Assembly: GCA_965261055.1 (NCBI GenBank)
Contig: OZ253440.1
Span: forward strand, 44,726 to 108,725
DNA from: Fibrobacteria bacterium
GTDB taxonomy: Bacteria; Fibrobacterota; Fibrobacteria; UBA11236; JADFYW01
Direction of reading: 5' to 3'
Length of the DNA stretch: 64,000 nucleotides
The notes below the pieces were generated by a model. It had not been told where the DNA came from. It did no database searches and saw only the letters and a list, made by a program, of their open reading frames with translations. Position 1 is the stretch's first letter; every line of letters starts with the position of its first letter. Shown here in pieces: positions 1-10,737 of this stretch. Position numbers and translations under genes: made by a program.

Positions 1-575
1 TTAGAATTACTATCGCAAAGTGCAATAATAGGAATTCCTAATTTATTGGCTTCTTTTACAGCGATGTGTTCTTTAACAGTATCAACAATAACAATAATGC
101 CTGGATTTTGATTCATTTTGCGAATACCGCCTAGAATTGCCACAAGTTTATCTTTTTGTTTTTCTATAGAAATAATTTGTTTTTTCTTTAGGTTATCAAA
201 AGTACCATCAATTGCCATTTTTTCAAATTCATTTAGTTTTTTGAGAGATTGGCGAACAGTTGAGAAGTTTGTAAGCATACCACCTAACCAGCGGTGTGAA
301 ACAAAATGTTGTCCACAGGATTGAGCAGCTTTACGTACTGTAGATTGAATGCTTTTCTTTGTTCCTACAAAAAGAACACTTTTATTTGAAGCAACAACTT
401 TTTGAACAGCTTGAGTAGCTATACCAAGGCTTTCGAGTGTTTTTTTTAGGTTAATAACATGCACACCATTTTTTTCCATTAGGATGTAGGGTTGCATTTT
501 AGGATTCCAACGCAGTTTTTGATGTCCAAAGTGAACACCAGCTTCTAATAGTTGGGTTTGATTTAATTTTTCCAT
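1..575 (-). CDS. rpsB: 30S ribosomal protein S2 (3' end runs off the window)
   Basis: Not in the ORF track. Manual translation from ATG at 575: MEKLNQTQLLEAGVHFGHQKLRWNPKMQPYI...HRWLGGMLTNF, the S2 signatures. Confidence 0.97.
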   Translation of the reverse strand, partial: MEKLNQTQLLEAGVHFGHQKLRWNPKMQPYILMEKNGVHVINLKKTLESLGIATQAVQKVVASNKSVLFVGTKKSIQSTVRKAAQSCGQHFVSHRWLGGMLTNFSTVRQSLKKLNEFEKMAIDGTFDNLKKKQIISIEKQKDKLVAILGGIRKMNQNPGIIVIVDTVKEHIAVKEANKLGIPIIALCDSNS

Positions 576-602
576 ATTTTCCTTTTTCTTCCATTAAATT
601 TA

Positions 603-634
603 CAAAAAAAGAACCTTTATCTGGAAGATAAAGG
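603..634 (-). terminator. Hairpin plus U-tract between rpsI and rpsB (intrinsic terminator or rpsB leader element)
   Basis: Perfect 9-bp stem CCTTTATCT/AGATAAAGG (614-634, 3-nt loop) followed on the minus strand by TTCTTTTTTTG. Confidence 0.55.
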
Positions 635-695
635 CAGGGCTTTTTTCTAATTCAATGTGTTTTTTGTTAACATAAGTTAAATAAAAAGATAGTTT

Positions 696-1097
696 TTATC
701 TTTTTGAGAATTGAAAGCGTTTACGGGCTTTTGCTCTACCATACATTTTTCTCTGTACGATTCTAGAATCACGTGTTAATAAATTATGCTCTCTTAAAGT
801 TTTACGATTTTCTTCGTTATAAAGAACTAAAGCTCTAGATATACCTAAGCGAACGGCTCCAGCTTGACCAGAAATTCCGCCACCGTTTGCAGACACGATG
901 ATATCCCACTTGACACCATCTTCAATTGTTTCAATAGGTTGTTCAATCATTTTTTGAGTGTTGGCATCTGGAAAGTAAACAGAAAAATCTTTTTTATTAA
1001 TAATGCGTTTACCAGTTCCTTTTTTTAGGATAACTTTTGAAACGGAACACTTTCGACGACCTGTTGCTCTGTAAGTTTCTTCTTGTTTAGTAGTCAT
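696..1097 (-). CDS. rpsI: 30S ribosomal protein S9
   Basis: TGRRK, GGGISGQAGAVRLGISRAL and C-terminal KARKRFQFSKR. Confidence 0.98.
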   Translation of the reverse strand: MTTKQEETYRATGRRKCSVSKVILKKGTGKRIINKKDFSVYFPDANTQKMIEQPIETIEDGVKWDIIVSANGGGISGQAGAVRLGISRALVLYNEENRKTLREHNLLTRDSRIVQRKMYGRAKARKRFQFSKR

Positions 1098-1107
1098 AAT
1101 AATATTG

Positions 1108-1536
1108 TTATACAGTTAAATTTTCAGGTTGTTGAGCCGAATGAGAATGTTCTTCACCAGCATAAACAAATAATTTTTTAAACATTTGTCTTCCAAGAGA
1201 ATTTTTAGGAAGCATACCTTTGATTGCTTGAGAAAGAGGATATGTAGGATTTTTTTCCATGACTTCACTAACAGAGGTAAATTTACCACTTCCTGGACGT
1301 GTTGAATGTCTAAAGTAAGATTTAGTGTCCATTTTTTTTCCACTTAAGACGACTTGACTTGCGTTTGTAATAATAACGAAATCACCTGCATCAAGATGAT
1401 TAGAGTAAGTAGGTTTATTTTTCCCTTGTAAAATAGGCGTAACTTTACTGGCAAGACGACCTAATGTAATCCCTTTGCCATCAATATGATACCATTTCTT
1501 TTGAATATCGTTTTCGCTTATAGTTATTGTTTTCAT
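1108..1536 (-). CDS. rplM: 50S ribosomal protein L13
   Basis: WYHIDG...LGRLAS, KPTYSNHLDAGDFVII, KGMLPKNSLGR; directly upstream of rpsI. Confidence 0.98.
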   Translation of the reverse strand: MKTITISENDIQKKWYHIDGKGITLGRLASKVTPILQGKNKPTYSNHLDAGDFVIITNASQVVLSGKKMDTKSYFRHSTRPGSGKFTSVSEVMEKNPTYPLSQAIKGMLPKNSLGRQMFKKLFVYAGEEHSHSAQQPENLTV

Positions 1537-1623
1537 AGTAAACCCTTAAAATAAGATTCAAAAAATTAGATAATTTTGTCCTAAATAGTCAATATAAATC
1601 CTTTATTTTTACATTTGTTTTTG

Positions 1624-3414
1624 ATGGTTGATTTTTCGTCTTTCGTAAATGAGCTTAAACAAAGAGCCAATATTGTGCAAATTGTAGGAAATTATGTGCA
1701 TTTAAAAAAAGTAGGTGGTCGTTACACTGGATTATGCCCTTTTCATGGTGACAGAAATCCTAGTATGACTGTTTCAGCACAAATAGGAATTTTTAAATGT
1801 TTTTCTTGTGGACAAGGTGGAGATGTCATCAAATTTGTACAAGATTATGAAAAAATAGAATTTATGGAAGCTATTCGCCAAATAGCAGAAACCATAGGAA
1901 TGGATATTTCAGCCTTAAAATTTTCGAAACCTGTTTCTACAGATAACCGTAAAATTTATTTAGAGCTTTATGCCAAAGCATCTCAGTATTATGTAAAGCA
2001 ATTCAGACAGAATCAAGAAATACGGGGATATTTGGACAAACGATGCATTTCTTCAAAAATTATTGAAAAATTTAATCTTGGATTTTCTTCCTTAGAGTGG
2101 AGTGGTCTTTCTCAATATTTGCAATCTCAAAAGTATAAATTAGAACAGATCATTTCTTCAGGTTTAGCTAAAAAAAATGAAAGAAGTTCAAGAGATACTT
2201 TTGTGGGTCGTTTAATGTTTCCTATTCATAATTTAAGTCATCAAATTGTGGGTTTTGGGGGAAGAATAATTTCTTTAGAACAAAAAATTGCAAAATACAT
2301 TAATTCTGCTGAATCTATATTGTATCACAAAAGCAGTATTTTATATGGACTTAATTTTTCTAGAAAAGCAATCCAAGACGCAAATGAAGTTGTGATTGTA
2401 GAAGGTTACATGGATGTTTTGCGGTTGTTTCAAGAGGGTATTGAAAATGTTGTTTCTGTTTCAGGGACAGCTTTAACTGAAGAACAAATTAAAATTATAT
2501 CGCGTTTTGCTGGTACGGCATATTTATTTTTTGATGGAGATGATGCAGGAATTAGTGCAATTGAAAAATCATTGCCAATGCTTTTAAAACAAGGTTTGGA
2601 AGTTAAAATACCGCATCTTCCAATAGGAGATGATCCTGATAGTTTCGCTTTAAAGAATGGTAAACAAGCCTTGCAGGAGTTGTTTTTAAAGAGTGATAAT
2701 ATTTTAGAATTCTTATTAAGAGATTTTAAAAAAAAACCCCTTGCTTACACTAATGAGCAAATGGGTCGATTATTTGAAAAAATTAAGCGTATTTTTTCTT
2801 TTATTCATTCTGATTTTGTGCGTCGTGAATATTTGAGTGACTTAGTTAAAATAGAAAAGGAATTTTTTGCAGAAAATTCTGTTTTGTCAGCGATTGGAAC
2901 AACAAAAGTTGGCGTAAAACAAAATTTAAATGCACCTAGAATTTTAACTCAAGTAACTGAAAAAATACAACAATTACCTGAGTGGAAACTTTTGCCACTT
3001 GTTATTTCTTCGAATATTATATTGGAGGAGTTGTTTGATCAGGAACGCTTTAATAGTGATTGGCTAGAAGATTTGTTTTTGCAAGAGATTGTTGAAAGAA
3101 TTATGGTAGAATGTGAAAGAATGGAAGTTGTAAATTTAAAGTTAATATTGAATTACTTACCTAAAAAATTTAGAGAAATTATTTACGCAATAGAACCTTT
3201 AGATTTGAATACGGATGACAGTATTATTCTTGCAAAAAAATCATTATTTCAAATTTTAAAACACATACAAATTCTATTTTTAAAAAAGAAGTTAATGTAT
3301 TTAGATTTGAGTAAATCTGAAAGTAAATTAACTTTAGAAGTTTGGAAAAAACAAAGAATTGAGATACAGGCACAGTTAAAAAAATTAATGAGTGAGCGCA
3401 AAAATGTTAGATGA
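1624..3414 (+). CDS. dnaG: DNA primase
   Basis: Zn finger CPFH...CFSC, KYINS, TOPRIM VEGYMDV and DGDDAG, DPD. First ATG at 1624. Confidence 0.97.
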   Translation: MVDFSSFVNELKQRANIVQIVGNYVHLKKVGGRYTGLCPFHGDRNPSMTVSAQIGIFKCFSCGQGGDVIKFVQDYEKIEFMEAIRQIAETIGMDISALKFSKPVSTDNRKIYLELYAKASQYYVKQFRQNQEIRGYLDKRCISSKIIEKFNLGFSSLEWSGLSQYLQSQKYKLEQIISSGLAKKNERSSRDTFVGRLMFPIHNLSHQIVGFGGRIISLEQKIAKYINSAESILYHKSSILYGLNFSRKAIQDANEVVIVEGYMDVLRLFQEGIENVVSVSGTALTEEQIKIISRFAGTAYLFFDGDDAGISAIEKSLPMLLKQGLEVKIPHLPIGDDPDSFALKNGKQALQELFLKSDNILEFLLRDFKKKPLAYTNEQMGRLFEKIKRIFSFIHSDFVRREYLSDLVKIEKEFFAENSVLSAIGTTKVGVKQNLNAPRILTQVTEKIQQLPEWKLLPLVISSNIILEELFDQERFNSDWLEDLFLQEIVERIMVECERMEVVNLKLILNYLPKKFREIIYAIEPLDLNTDDSIILAKKSLFQILKHIQILFLKKKLMYLDLSKSESKLTLEVWKKQRIEIQAQLKKLMSERKNVR

Positions 3415-5635
3415 AAAAGCAAGCACTAAAGAGATCCCAACCAATTTTTTAATTGAATTGAGAGAAGGTTTTGAAAGGAGTGTTCAAGCAAGCACTGTTC
3501 ATTATGATAATAAAATGTTAACAGATGCTTTAGAATTTGCCACTAATTCTCATGAAAATCAATTTAGGAAATCAGGAGTTCCTTATGTTGTACATCCTGT
3601 AGAGGTTGGTAAAATTTTAATTGATTTAAGAATGGATAATGAAACAGTTGCATCTGGTTTGCTACATGATGTTGTTGAAGATTGTGAAGTTCCTCTTGAA
3701 GAAGTTAAGACTCGATTTGGTGCAAAAGTTGCTTTTTTAGTTGACGCTGTGACTAAAATTAGTGTAATACAAGATAAGTCAATTCATGAAAGGCAGGCTG
3801 GGACTTATCGAAAAATGATGATTTCTATTGCAAAAGATTTTAGAGTTGTGATGATTAAATTTGCAGACCGTTTACATAATATGCGAACGCTAAATTTTTT
3901 ATCAGAAGAAAAAAGAGAAAAAATATCAAAAGAAACGCTAAATTTTTATGCTCCTTTGGCAAATCGTTTTGGTTTATATCAAATTCGTCGTGAATTAGAA
4001 GATTTGTCTTTTAAAAATCTGTACACTCATGAATATAAAAGAATTTCAAATGAAATTCAAATTAGTGAAGCGGATCGTCAGCAGTGTATTGCTGATACAG
4101 TTCAAAAAATTGAGAACATTTTCAAGAAGAAGAGTTTTTTTATAAAGGTTTTTGGTAGAACTAAAAATTTGTATGGAATCTATCGTAAAATGCAAATAAA
4201 GGAATGCGATTTTAAAAGTTTATATGATGTCTTTGCTTTGAGAGTGATTGTGAAAAAAGATCAAGATTGTTACCGAGCTTTAGGGCTTATACATCAAGTC
4301 TTTGTTCCTTTAATGACTCGTTTTAAAGATTACATCTCTTTACCAAAAGCAAATATGTATCAGTCTTTACATACTGTAGTGATTGGATTTAAAGGGCTTC
4401 CAGTAGAATTCCAAATTCGAACTGAACAAATGGATGATATTGCTGAAAAAGGGATAGCAGCTCATTGGTTTTATAAAGAGAAGCATTTTGAAGTTAGTAA
4501 AAATCAAATAGGCAAAGTTGAAGGCAAAGTTGATATAAATACAGTGGAGACGAAATGGTTAGAAGATTTTATGCAATGGCAAGAGAATCTAAATGATTCA
4601 GTTGAATTTGTTGATTTTTTACATTTAGATGTCAAAAAAGAACAAGAAATTTTTGTATTTACACCTAAAGGTGATTTGTTTCGTTTGTATAATGGCTCAA
4701 CTGTATTGGATTTTGCCTTTGCTGTACATACAGAAGTTGGAAAAAATTGTATAGGTGCTAAAATTGATGGAGGGATGGTTGCTTTTTCCAAAGTTCTTAA
4801 AACAGGTGATACTGTTGAAATTTTAACATCAAAAGAACAAAAGCCTCTCTATAGTTGGTTAAGACTTACAAGTACTTCTAAGGCAAGAATTGCTATTCGA
4901 AAACATCTTAAAGATGAAGGGATGAAAAAGCATAGTCGAATAGGAAAAAAATTATTAGAAAAAGAGTTTACAATCTATCAATTGAATAAAGATGAGATTT
5001 TACCTTTTTTTAAACAACAATTTTCAATTTCAAATTGGAATGAATTGTATTCGAAAGTGGCTCAAGGCAAAATATCTTTTAAGCAAGTTGTTCAATTTAT
5101 TCGTAATTTACACAAAAAAGAATCTATGAGTCCAATTTTATCTTGGTTTAAAAGATGGATTAAGAGTAATAGTAACTTTTCAATTCGGATCTCTGGGCAA
5201 GAAGATGATTGGTTTAAAACAGCACCGTGTTGTATGCCTGTGCATGGTGATAAGATTGTGGGTTACATTCTTAAAAATAAAGAGGGAGTGATACACAGAA
5301 TTAATTGTGAAGAAGTTGTAAATCTAAAAAAATTGTCAGAAGCTCGTAAAATTTCTGTTCGTTGGGAAAAATCAAATAAGAATAAGTACTTTCAAGCGTC
5401 TATAGAAGTATTAGCAACTGATCGTCAAGGTTTACTTGAAGACATGACTTCTATTTTCTCACATTATCAAGTTAATATTGATCGAGCTGTTATTTTGACC
5501 CATCAAAATCAAATTCGAGATCGTTTTCGTGTCTCTGTATCCTCTTTAAATAATTTAGAAGAAAGTTTAACAAAAATAAGAGCAATGAAAGGCGTTCAAT
5601 CTGTTGTACGTTTACATGGAAAAAAAATTGTTTAG
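3404..5635 (+). CDS. relA: Bifunctional (p)ppGpp synthetase/hydrolase with HD, synthetase, TGS and ACT domains
   Basis: RKSGVPYVVHP, LHDVVED, KFADRLHNMRTL, YQSLHT, EFQIRT, TGS FVFTPKG; overlaps the dnaG stop. Confidence 0.95.
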   Translation: MLDEKASTKEIPTNFLIELREGFERSVQASTVHYDNKMLTDALEFATNSHENQFRKSGVPYVVHPVEVGKILIDLRMDNETVASGLLHDVVEDCEVPLEEVKTRFGAKVAFLVDAVTKISVIQDKSIHERQAGTYRKMMISIAKDFRVVMIKFADRLHNMRTLNFLSEEKREKISKETLNFYAPLANRFGLYQIRRELEDLSFKNLYTHEYKRISNEIQISEADRQQCIADTVQKIENIFKKKSFFIKVFGRTKNLYGIYRKMQIKECDFKSLYDVFALRVIVKKDQDCYRALGLIHQVFVPLMTRFKDYISLPKANMYQSLHTVVIGFKGLPVEFQIRTEQMDDIAEKGIAAHWFYKEKHFEVSKNQIGKVEGKVDINTVETKWLEDFMQWQENLNDSVEFVDFLHLDVKKEQEIFVFTPKGDLFRLYNGSTVLDFAFAVHTEVGKNCIGAKIDGGMVAFSKVLKTGDTVEILTSKEQKPLYSWLRLTSTSKARIAIRKHLKDEGMKKHSRIGKKLLEKEFTIYQLNKDEILPFFKQQFSISNWNELYSKVAQGKISFKQVVQFIRNLHKKESMSPILSWFKRWIKSNSNFSIRISGQEDDWFKTAPCCMPVHGDKIVGYILKNKEGVIHRINCEEVVNLKKLSEARKISVRWEKSNKNKYFQASIEVLATDRQGLLEDMTSIFSHYQVNIDRAVILTHQNQIRDRFRVSVSSLNNLEESLTKIRAMKGVQSVVRLHGKKIV

Positions 5636-5975
5636 AGTTAAGAAGTTTTGGTTGAATAAATTGGTTTTTTATGTATCACCGAGAAATGTTAAACAAAGGC
5701 TTTAATGTCATGAGTCTGACTTTCATTACTTCAGTTGTCCTAGATCTTGATTTTAGTTAAATTCAATTTATTGAAAAATGATTTAAATGTTAAAAAACGA
5801 GCGTAACTACACACAGTTGTTATTTTTTGAATCAAAAAAGATTTTGATAGAATAAAATAGAGTTATTATTGAACTTAATAAATAATTTTTCTACTTTGCG
5901 TTGCTTAAAAAAGAACTTTTATTTGGTAATTATTCATTAAAAGACGCAATTATTAATAGTAAGTAGGTAAATATC

Positions 5976-8060
5976 ATGGTAACTTTAGATAATGTCCGTA
6001 ACATTGGAATTTCAGCTCACATTGATTCAGGTAAAACAACTTTAACTGAACGAATTTTATATTATACTGGTAGAATTCATTCTATCCATGAGGTTCGAGG
6101 AAAAGATGGTGTTGGTGCTACAATGGATCACATGGAGCTTGAAAGAGAAAGAGGTATTACGATTACTTCTGCGGCAACTTTTTGCCAATGGAATGAAAAT
6201 AAAATTAATATTATTGATACTCCAGGGCATGTTGACTTTACAATAGAAGTAGAAAGATCTTTACGAGTTTTAGATGGAGCTATTTTGGTTCTTTGTGGAG
6301 CATCAGGCGTTCAGTCTCAATCGTATACTGTAGATCGTCAAATGAAACGCTATAATGTTCCTAAAATTGCATTTGTAAATAAATGTGACCGTTCAGGGGC
6401 CAACCCTTATGCGGTTTGTAACCAACTTAGAGAAAAATTGGGTCATAATTCTGTGATGTTACAACTTCCAATTGGTTTAGAAGACCAATTAAAGGGTGTT
6501 ATTGATTTAGCTACAATGAGAGCTCATATTTTTACTGGTGATAATGGAGAGCATATTAGTGATGAAGAGATTCCAGCTGATTATACTGATAAAGCAGCTA
6601 AATATCGTGAAAAAATGTTAGATGCAGTTTCTGAATTTTCAGACGAAATGATGGAACTCTTATTGGACGAAAAAGAAGTTCCAATGGATTTACTTAAAAA
6701 AGTAATTCGTGATGCCGTAATTACTTTAAAATTGACTCCAGTATTTTGTGGATCTGCATTTAAGAATGTAGGTGTTCAAAAATTATTAGATGGCGTTAGT
6801 GATTATTTACCATCTCCTTGCGAAGTTACAAATGAAGCTTTACAAGTTGCAGATGAAACTCAAAAGGTAAGATTAGAATCTGATGAGTCTAAACCTTTAG
6901 TTGCTTATGTGTTTAAACTAGAAGATGGTCGTTTTGGTCAGCTTAGTTATATTCGTATTTATCAAGGTACAATGAAAAAAGGTAGTTCTATTTTTAATAT
7001 GACGACTAAGAAAAAAATGAGTGTAGGTCGTTTGGTGAGAATGCATTCTAATGATATGCAAGATATTACCGAAGCTTCTGCAGGTGATATTGTTGCATTA
7101 TTTGGTGTTGATTGTGCATCTGGTACAACTTTTACTGATGGTAAAGTTGAAGTTAATATGACTTCTATGTATGTTCCAGAGCCCGTCATAGATGTTGTTA
7201 TTGAAGTGACTAATCGTAATCACCTTGCAAATTTATCGAAAGGAATCAATCGTTTCTTAAAAGAAGATCCTACTTTTAGAGTTAAATTTGAAGAAGAAAG
7301 TGGCCAAACAATTATTTCAGGAATGGGTGAGTTACACTTAGAGGTTTATATTGAAAGACTGAAAAGAGAATACGGAGTTGAGCTTACAACAGGTAATCCG
7401 CAAGTTGCTTATCGCGAAACAATTACTTCTAAATCCGAATTTAATTATACGCATAAAAAACAAACAGGTGGTTCTGGACAATTTGCTCGAGTTGGTGGAT
7501 ATATTGAGCCTATTATTGATGAAGAGGATACTGGTGATTACGAATTTGTTAATAAAATTGTAGGTGGAGTGATTCCTAAAGAATTTATTTCTGGTTGTGA
7601 CAAAGGGTTTCGAGTTGCAATGGAAAATGGTTCTCTTATTGGTTTCCCTGTTGTTGGTATTCGTTGTTTAATTAATGATGGTGCAACACATCCTGTTGAC
7701 TCTAGTGACATAGCTTTTCAACTTGCGAGTCGATCTGCTTTTAGAGAAGCTTTTGCTAAAGCTGGTCCACAAATTTTAGAGCCAATGATGACTGTTTCTG
7801 TTGAAGTTCCAACTGAGTTTCAAGGTTCAGTAATGGGTAATTTAAATCAACGGCGTGGTATTATTTCTGGTACAAATGAATCAGATCAGTTTGTTTCAAT
7901 TGTTGCTTTAGTGCCTTTGTCTGAAATGTTTGGTTATGCAACAGAACTTCGTTCTTTGACTCAAGGTAAAGCAGAGTTTACAATGGAATTTACAAAGTAT
8001 GCTCCTGTACCAAAAAATATTTCAAAAGAACTTATGACAAAATATAATTCTTCTAAATAG
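5976..8060 (+). CDS. fusA: Elongation factor G, stand-alone copy
   Basis: [44 protein letters not shown]. Confidence 0.97.
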   Translation: MVTLDNVRNIGISAHIDSGKTTLTERILYYTGRIHSIHEVRGKDGVGATMDHMELERERGITITSAATFCQWNENKINIIDTPGHVDFTIEVERSLRVLDGAILVLCGASGVQSQSYTVDRQMKRYNVPKIAFVNKCDRSGANPYAVCNQLREKLGHNSVMLQLPIGLEDQLKGVIDLATMRAHIFTGDNGEHISDEEIPADYTDKAAKYREKMLDAVSEFSDEMMELLLDEKEVPMDLLKKVIRDAVITLKLTPVFCGSAFKNVGVQKLLDGVSDYLPSPCEVTNEALQVADETQKVRLESDESKPLVAYVFKLEDGRFGQLSYIRIYQGTMKKGSSIFNMTTKKKMSVGRLVRMHSNDMQDITEASAGDIVALFGVDCASGTTFTDGKVEVNMTSMYVPEPVIDVVIEVTNRNHLANLSKGINRFLKEDPTFRVKFEEESGQTIISGMGELHLEVYIERLKREYGVELTTGNPQVAYRETITSKSEFNYTHKKQTGGSGQFARVGGYIEPIIDEEDTGDYEFVNKIVGGVIPKEFISGCDKGFRVAMENGSLIGFPVVGIRCLINDGATHPVDSSDIAFQLASRSAFREAFAKAGPQILEPMMTVSVEVPTEFQGSVMGNLNQRRGIISGTNESDQFVSIVALVPLSEMFGYATELRSLTQGKAEFTMEFTKYAPVPKNISKELMTKYNSSK

Positions 8061-8224
8061 AAGAATTATGAGTATACCAGACTTATTTTCAATTTTTAGA
8101 ATATTAAGTTTTTAAAAAATTTGGCTTATGCTAAATCTTTTTTCTTTGATTAACGGTTGACTTTAAATTTTATATAATTAGCTTTTAAAGCTAAGTTTAA
8201 TATTTTAATTAAATAGAAATAATC

Positions 8225-9397
8225 ATGAATTTTCAAAAAAATCAAAAAAATAAGTGGAATAAGTGGTTTAGTTCTTTATTGTTTCTCTTCTTCTTTCCTT
8301 TAATTTTAAACTTTTGTTACGTAAAAGACATTATAAACTCAGAGCTTGTTTTTGAAGAAATATCTTCACATCACTTTGATCGTCCTATTGATTTTATTTT
8401 AAAAAATAAAAACCTTGCTTATGTTGCAGAACAAAAAGGAAGAATCTATGAAATTAATTTTAATAAGAATGAACAAAAAACTTTAGTTCTAAATATTGAA
8501 GATAGATTAAGTCATGCAAATGAGCAGGGTCTTTTGTCGATGGCTTTGGATCCAAAATACAATGAAAATCATTTTATCTATGTTTATTACACAATCAAAA
8601 ATAAAACGGCTATTTTAAGTCGATTTGTTTTAAAATCTTATCGAAAGATAAGCTTGAATTCAGAAAAAATCATACTAAAAATAGAAAAACCTTATAGAAA
8701 TCATAATGGAGGGCAACTTTCTTTTGGAAAAGATGGATATTTGTATGTTGGAGTGGGTGATGGTGGATCTGCAGGTGACCCTCTTAAGGCTGGACAAAAT
8801 CTGAACACACTTTTAGGTAAAATTTTGCGTATTGATGTTAACCAAAAAATTAACAACAAAAAATATTCTATTCCTAAAGATAATCCTTTCGTAAACAAAA
8901 AAGCAAAATTAGAAATTTATGCATACGGGTTTAGAAATCCTTGGACATTTTCTTTTGATAGACTAACTAATCAAATGTTTGTTGCTGATGTTGGACAAAA
9001 TCGTAAAGAAGAAATTAATTTGGTTGTTAAGGGTGGAAACTATGGGTGGAGCATAAAAGAAGCAGATTTAACTTATGACAAAAAGAAACCTCTATCCAAT
9101 AACCTAATAGATCCTATTGCTAGCTATGGTCATCGTTATGGAGTTAGTGTATCGGGCGGTTATGTTTATCGTGGAAAAAAAATTAAAGAATTAGACGGAG
9201 TTTATCTTTATACAGATTATGTTTCAGGAAATTTCTGGGGTTTAAAAGTGAATCAAAAAGGTAAAGTAGTTGAAAAGATGCGATTTAAATCTCAAGATTT
9301 AAGAATTTCGAAATTTGCTCAAGATGATACAGGAGAAATTTATATTTGTTCTTTTAAAGAAGGTAAAATCATGAAACTTGTTGGTGTTAGAAATTAA
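8225..9397 (+). CDS. PQQ-dependent sugar dehydrogenase family (GSDH/YliI-like), exported
   Basis: EQGLLSMALDP, NHNGGQLSFGKDGYLYVGVGDGG, YAYGFRNPW, DVGQNRKEEIN; hydrophobic N-terminus. Confidence 0.88.
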   Translation: MNFQKNQKNKWNKWFSSLLFLFFFPLILNFCYVKDIINSELVFEEISSHHFDRPIDFILKNKNLAYVAEQKGRIYEINFNKNEQKTLVLNIEDRLSHANEQGLLSMALDPKYNENHFIYVYYTIKNKTAILSRFVLKSYRKISLNSEKIILKIEKPYRNHNGGQLSFGKDGYLYVGVGDGGSAGDPLKAGQNLNTLLGKILRIDVNQKINNKKYSIPKDNPFVNKKAKLEIYAYGFRNPWTFSFDRLTNQMFVADVGQNRKEEINLVVKGGNYGWSIKEADLTYDKKKPLSNNLIDPIASYGHRYGVSVSGGYVYRGKKIKELDGVYLYTDYVSGNFWGLKVNQKGKVVEKMRFKSQDLRISKFAQDDTGEIYICSFKEGKIMKLVGVRN

Positions 9398-9405
9398 AAT
9401 TGAAT

Positions 9406-9786
9406 ATGAAATCTAATCATGTGCAAACTGGCTCTGAAGGAGAGGGCAAAGCTTGTCAATTTTTAATTGGAAAGAATTACAAGATTGTTGAAAGAAATTT
9501 TAGAACAAGAGATGGCGAATTAGATATTATTGCTTACGATAAAGAAATTTTAGTATTTGTTGAAGTTAAAACAGACTCAACAAATCAAGCAGGTTACGCA
9601 ACTGAATGGGTGGGAACTAAAAAAATCAGAAAGATTCAAAAAATGGCACAGATTTTTTGTCAAAAGCAAAGTGTAGCAGATTTGGAAATGCGTTTTGATG
9701 TTGTTACTGTAAATTTAACAGTCAATCCAGTGGCTATTGAGCATCTTGAAAATGCTTTTATCCCAAACTCTAATGGATACTATTAG
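9406..9786 (+). CDS. yraN: YraN family (UPF0102) endonuclease-fold protein
   Basis: GSEGE..ACQFL, RNFRTRDGELDII, LVFVEVK, RFDVV. Confidence 0.9.
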   Translation: MKSNHVQTGSEGEGKACQFLIGKNYKIVERNFRTRDGELDIIAYDKEILVFVEVKTDSTNQAGYATEWVGTKKIRKIQKMAQIFCQKQSVADLEMRFDVVTVNLTVNPVAIEHLENAFIPNSNGYY

Positions 9787-10074
9787 ATATCTAAGAAAAT
9801 AAATAATCTTGAATTTATAAGTGCACTCATTTTTAAGTTTGAAATTACAAAGAACTCTAAGTGTTTTTATCTCTAGACGATGTTGTTTTTAATTCATGGA
9901 GTAAATACATTTTAAATTACACCTTTATCAAAATTAATTATGAGTAAAAGCAAAAGGGAGTGGCTTTATCTTAATGCACTTTGAAAGTGTATCGTATTTT
10001 ATGATGTTATTTTCTATATCCTAACTGCAATGCATTGAAAACCAAAACGGAAAAACTGAATAAGATACTTTAAA

Positions 10075-10578
10075 TAAATATTAAAACGAAGACAAGAATT
10101 TTAAAAAGAAAGAATTACTGTAACACAATAGTGATACAAAGACTTATTCTTTTTATGTCAAAAAAAAGGGCTTAAGAAGTTATCTTATAGATAGCAATGG
10201 AAAAGAACATATCTTTATGTTTGATGCTAGAAGATTGGGTTATTGCAGATTTAGAGGCGTTAGAATTTAATGAATCCACTGAATTTATATTGATTGTTTA
10301 GAGGATTTTAAAGTCATTATTTCTGATAAAGATTGCTTACTCTAAGCTAACTTAGCTAAAAAAATAGTAAAGAATGCCCTTTTTATATAGAAGAATGGGG
10401 AATTACAGTGCTTATGTTAATGAGTTCTCTGACGATAAGATCGTTATTTATATTTTATAAATACTTACCTGAATTACTCAACCGTATTTGTCAACATACA
10501 ATAGCTACATATTTGGGTATTACTCCACAAACTCTAGGTACCATCAGAAGAAAAATAGTCCGTTCAAAACAATTATAA
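10075..10578 (+). pseudogene. Crp/Fnr family transcriptional regulator, frameshifted
   Basis: Fragments across frames: YVKKG/LRSYLIDSNGKEHIFMF, DWVIADLEALEFNES, and C-terminal HTH YLPELLNRICQHTIATYLGITPQTLGTIRRK with stop at 10578. Confidence 0.8.
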
Positions 10579-10737
10579 CTCATTTCTTAATCTAGATAAA
10601 TGTCATCGTTTTAGAGAAGTGTATATACTTTTAACAAAAATTTATACTTGTAACAGTCCGAACACGAAAAATTATTACTTTTCATATATAAACTGTTATC
10701 TGAATATATAAACTTTTATTAAAATTGAGGTTATAAT

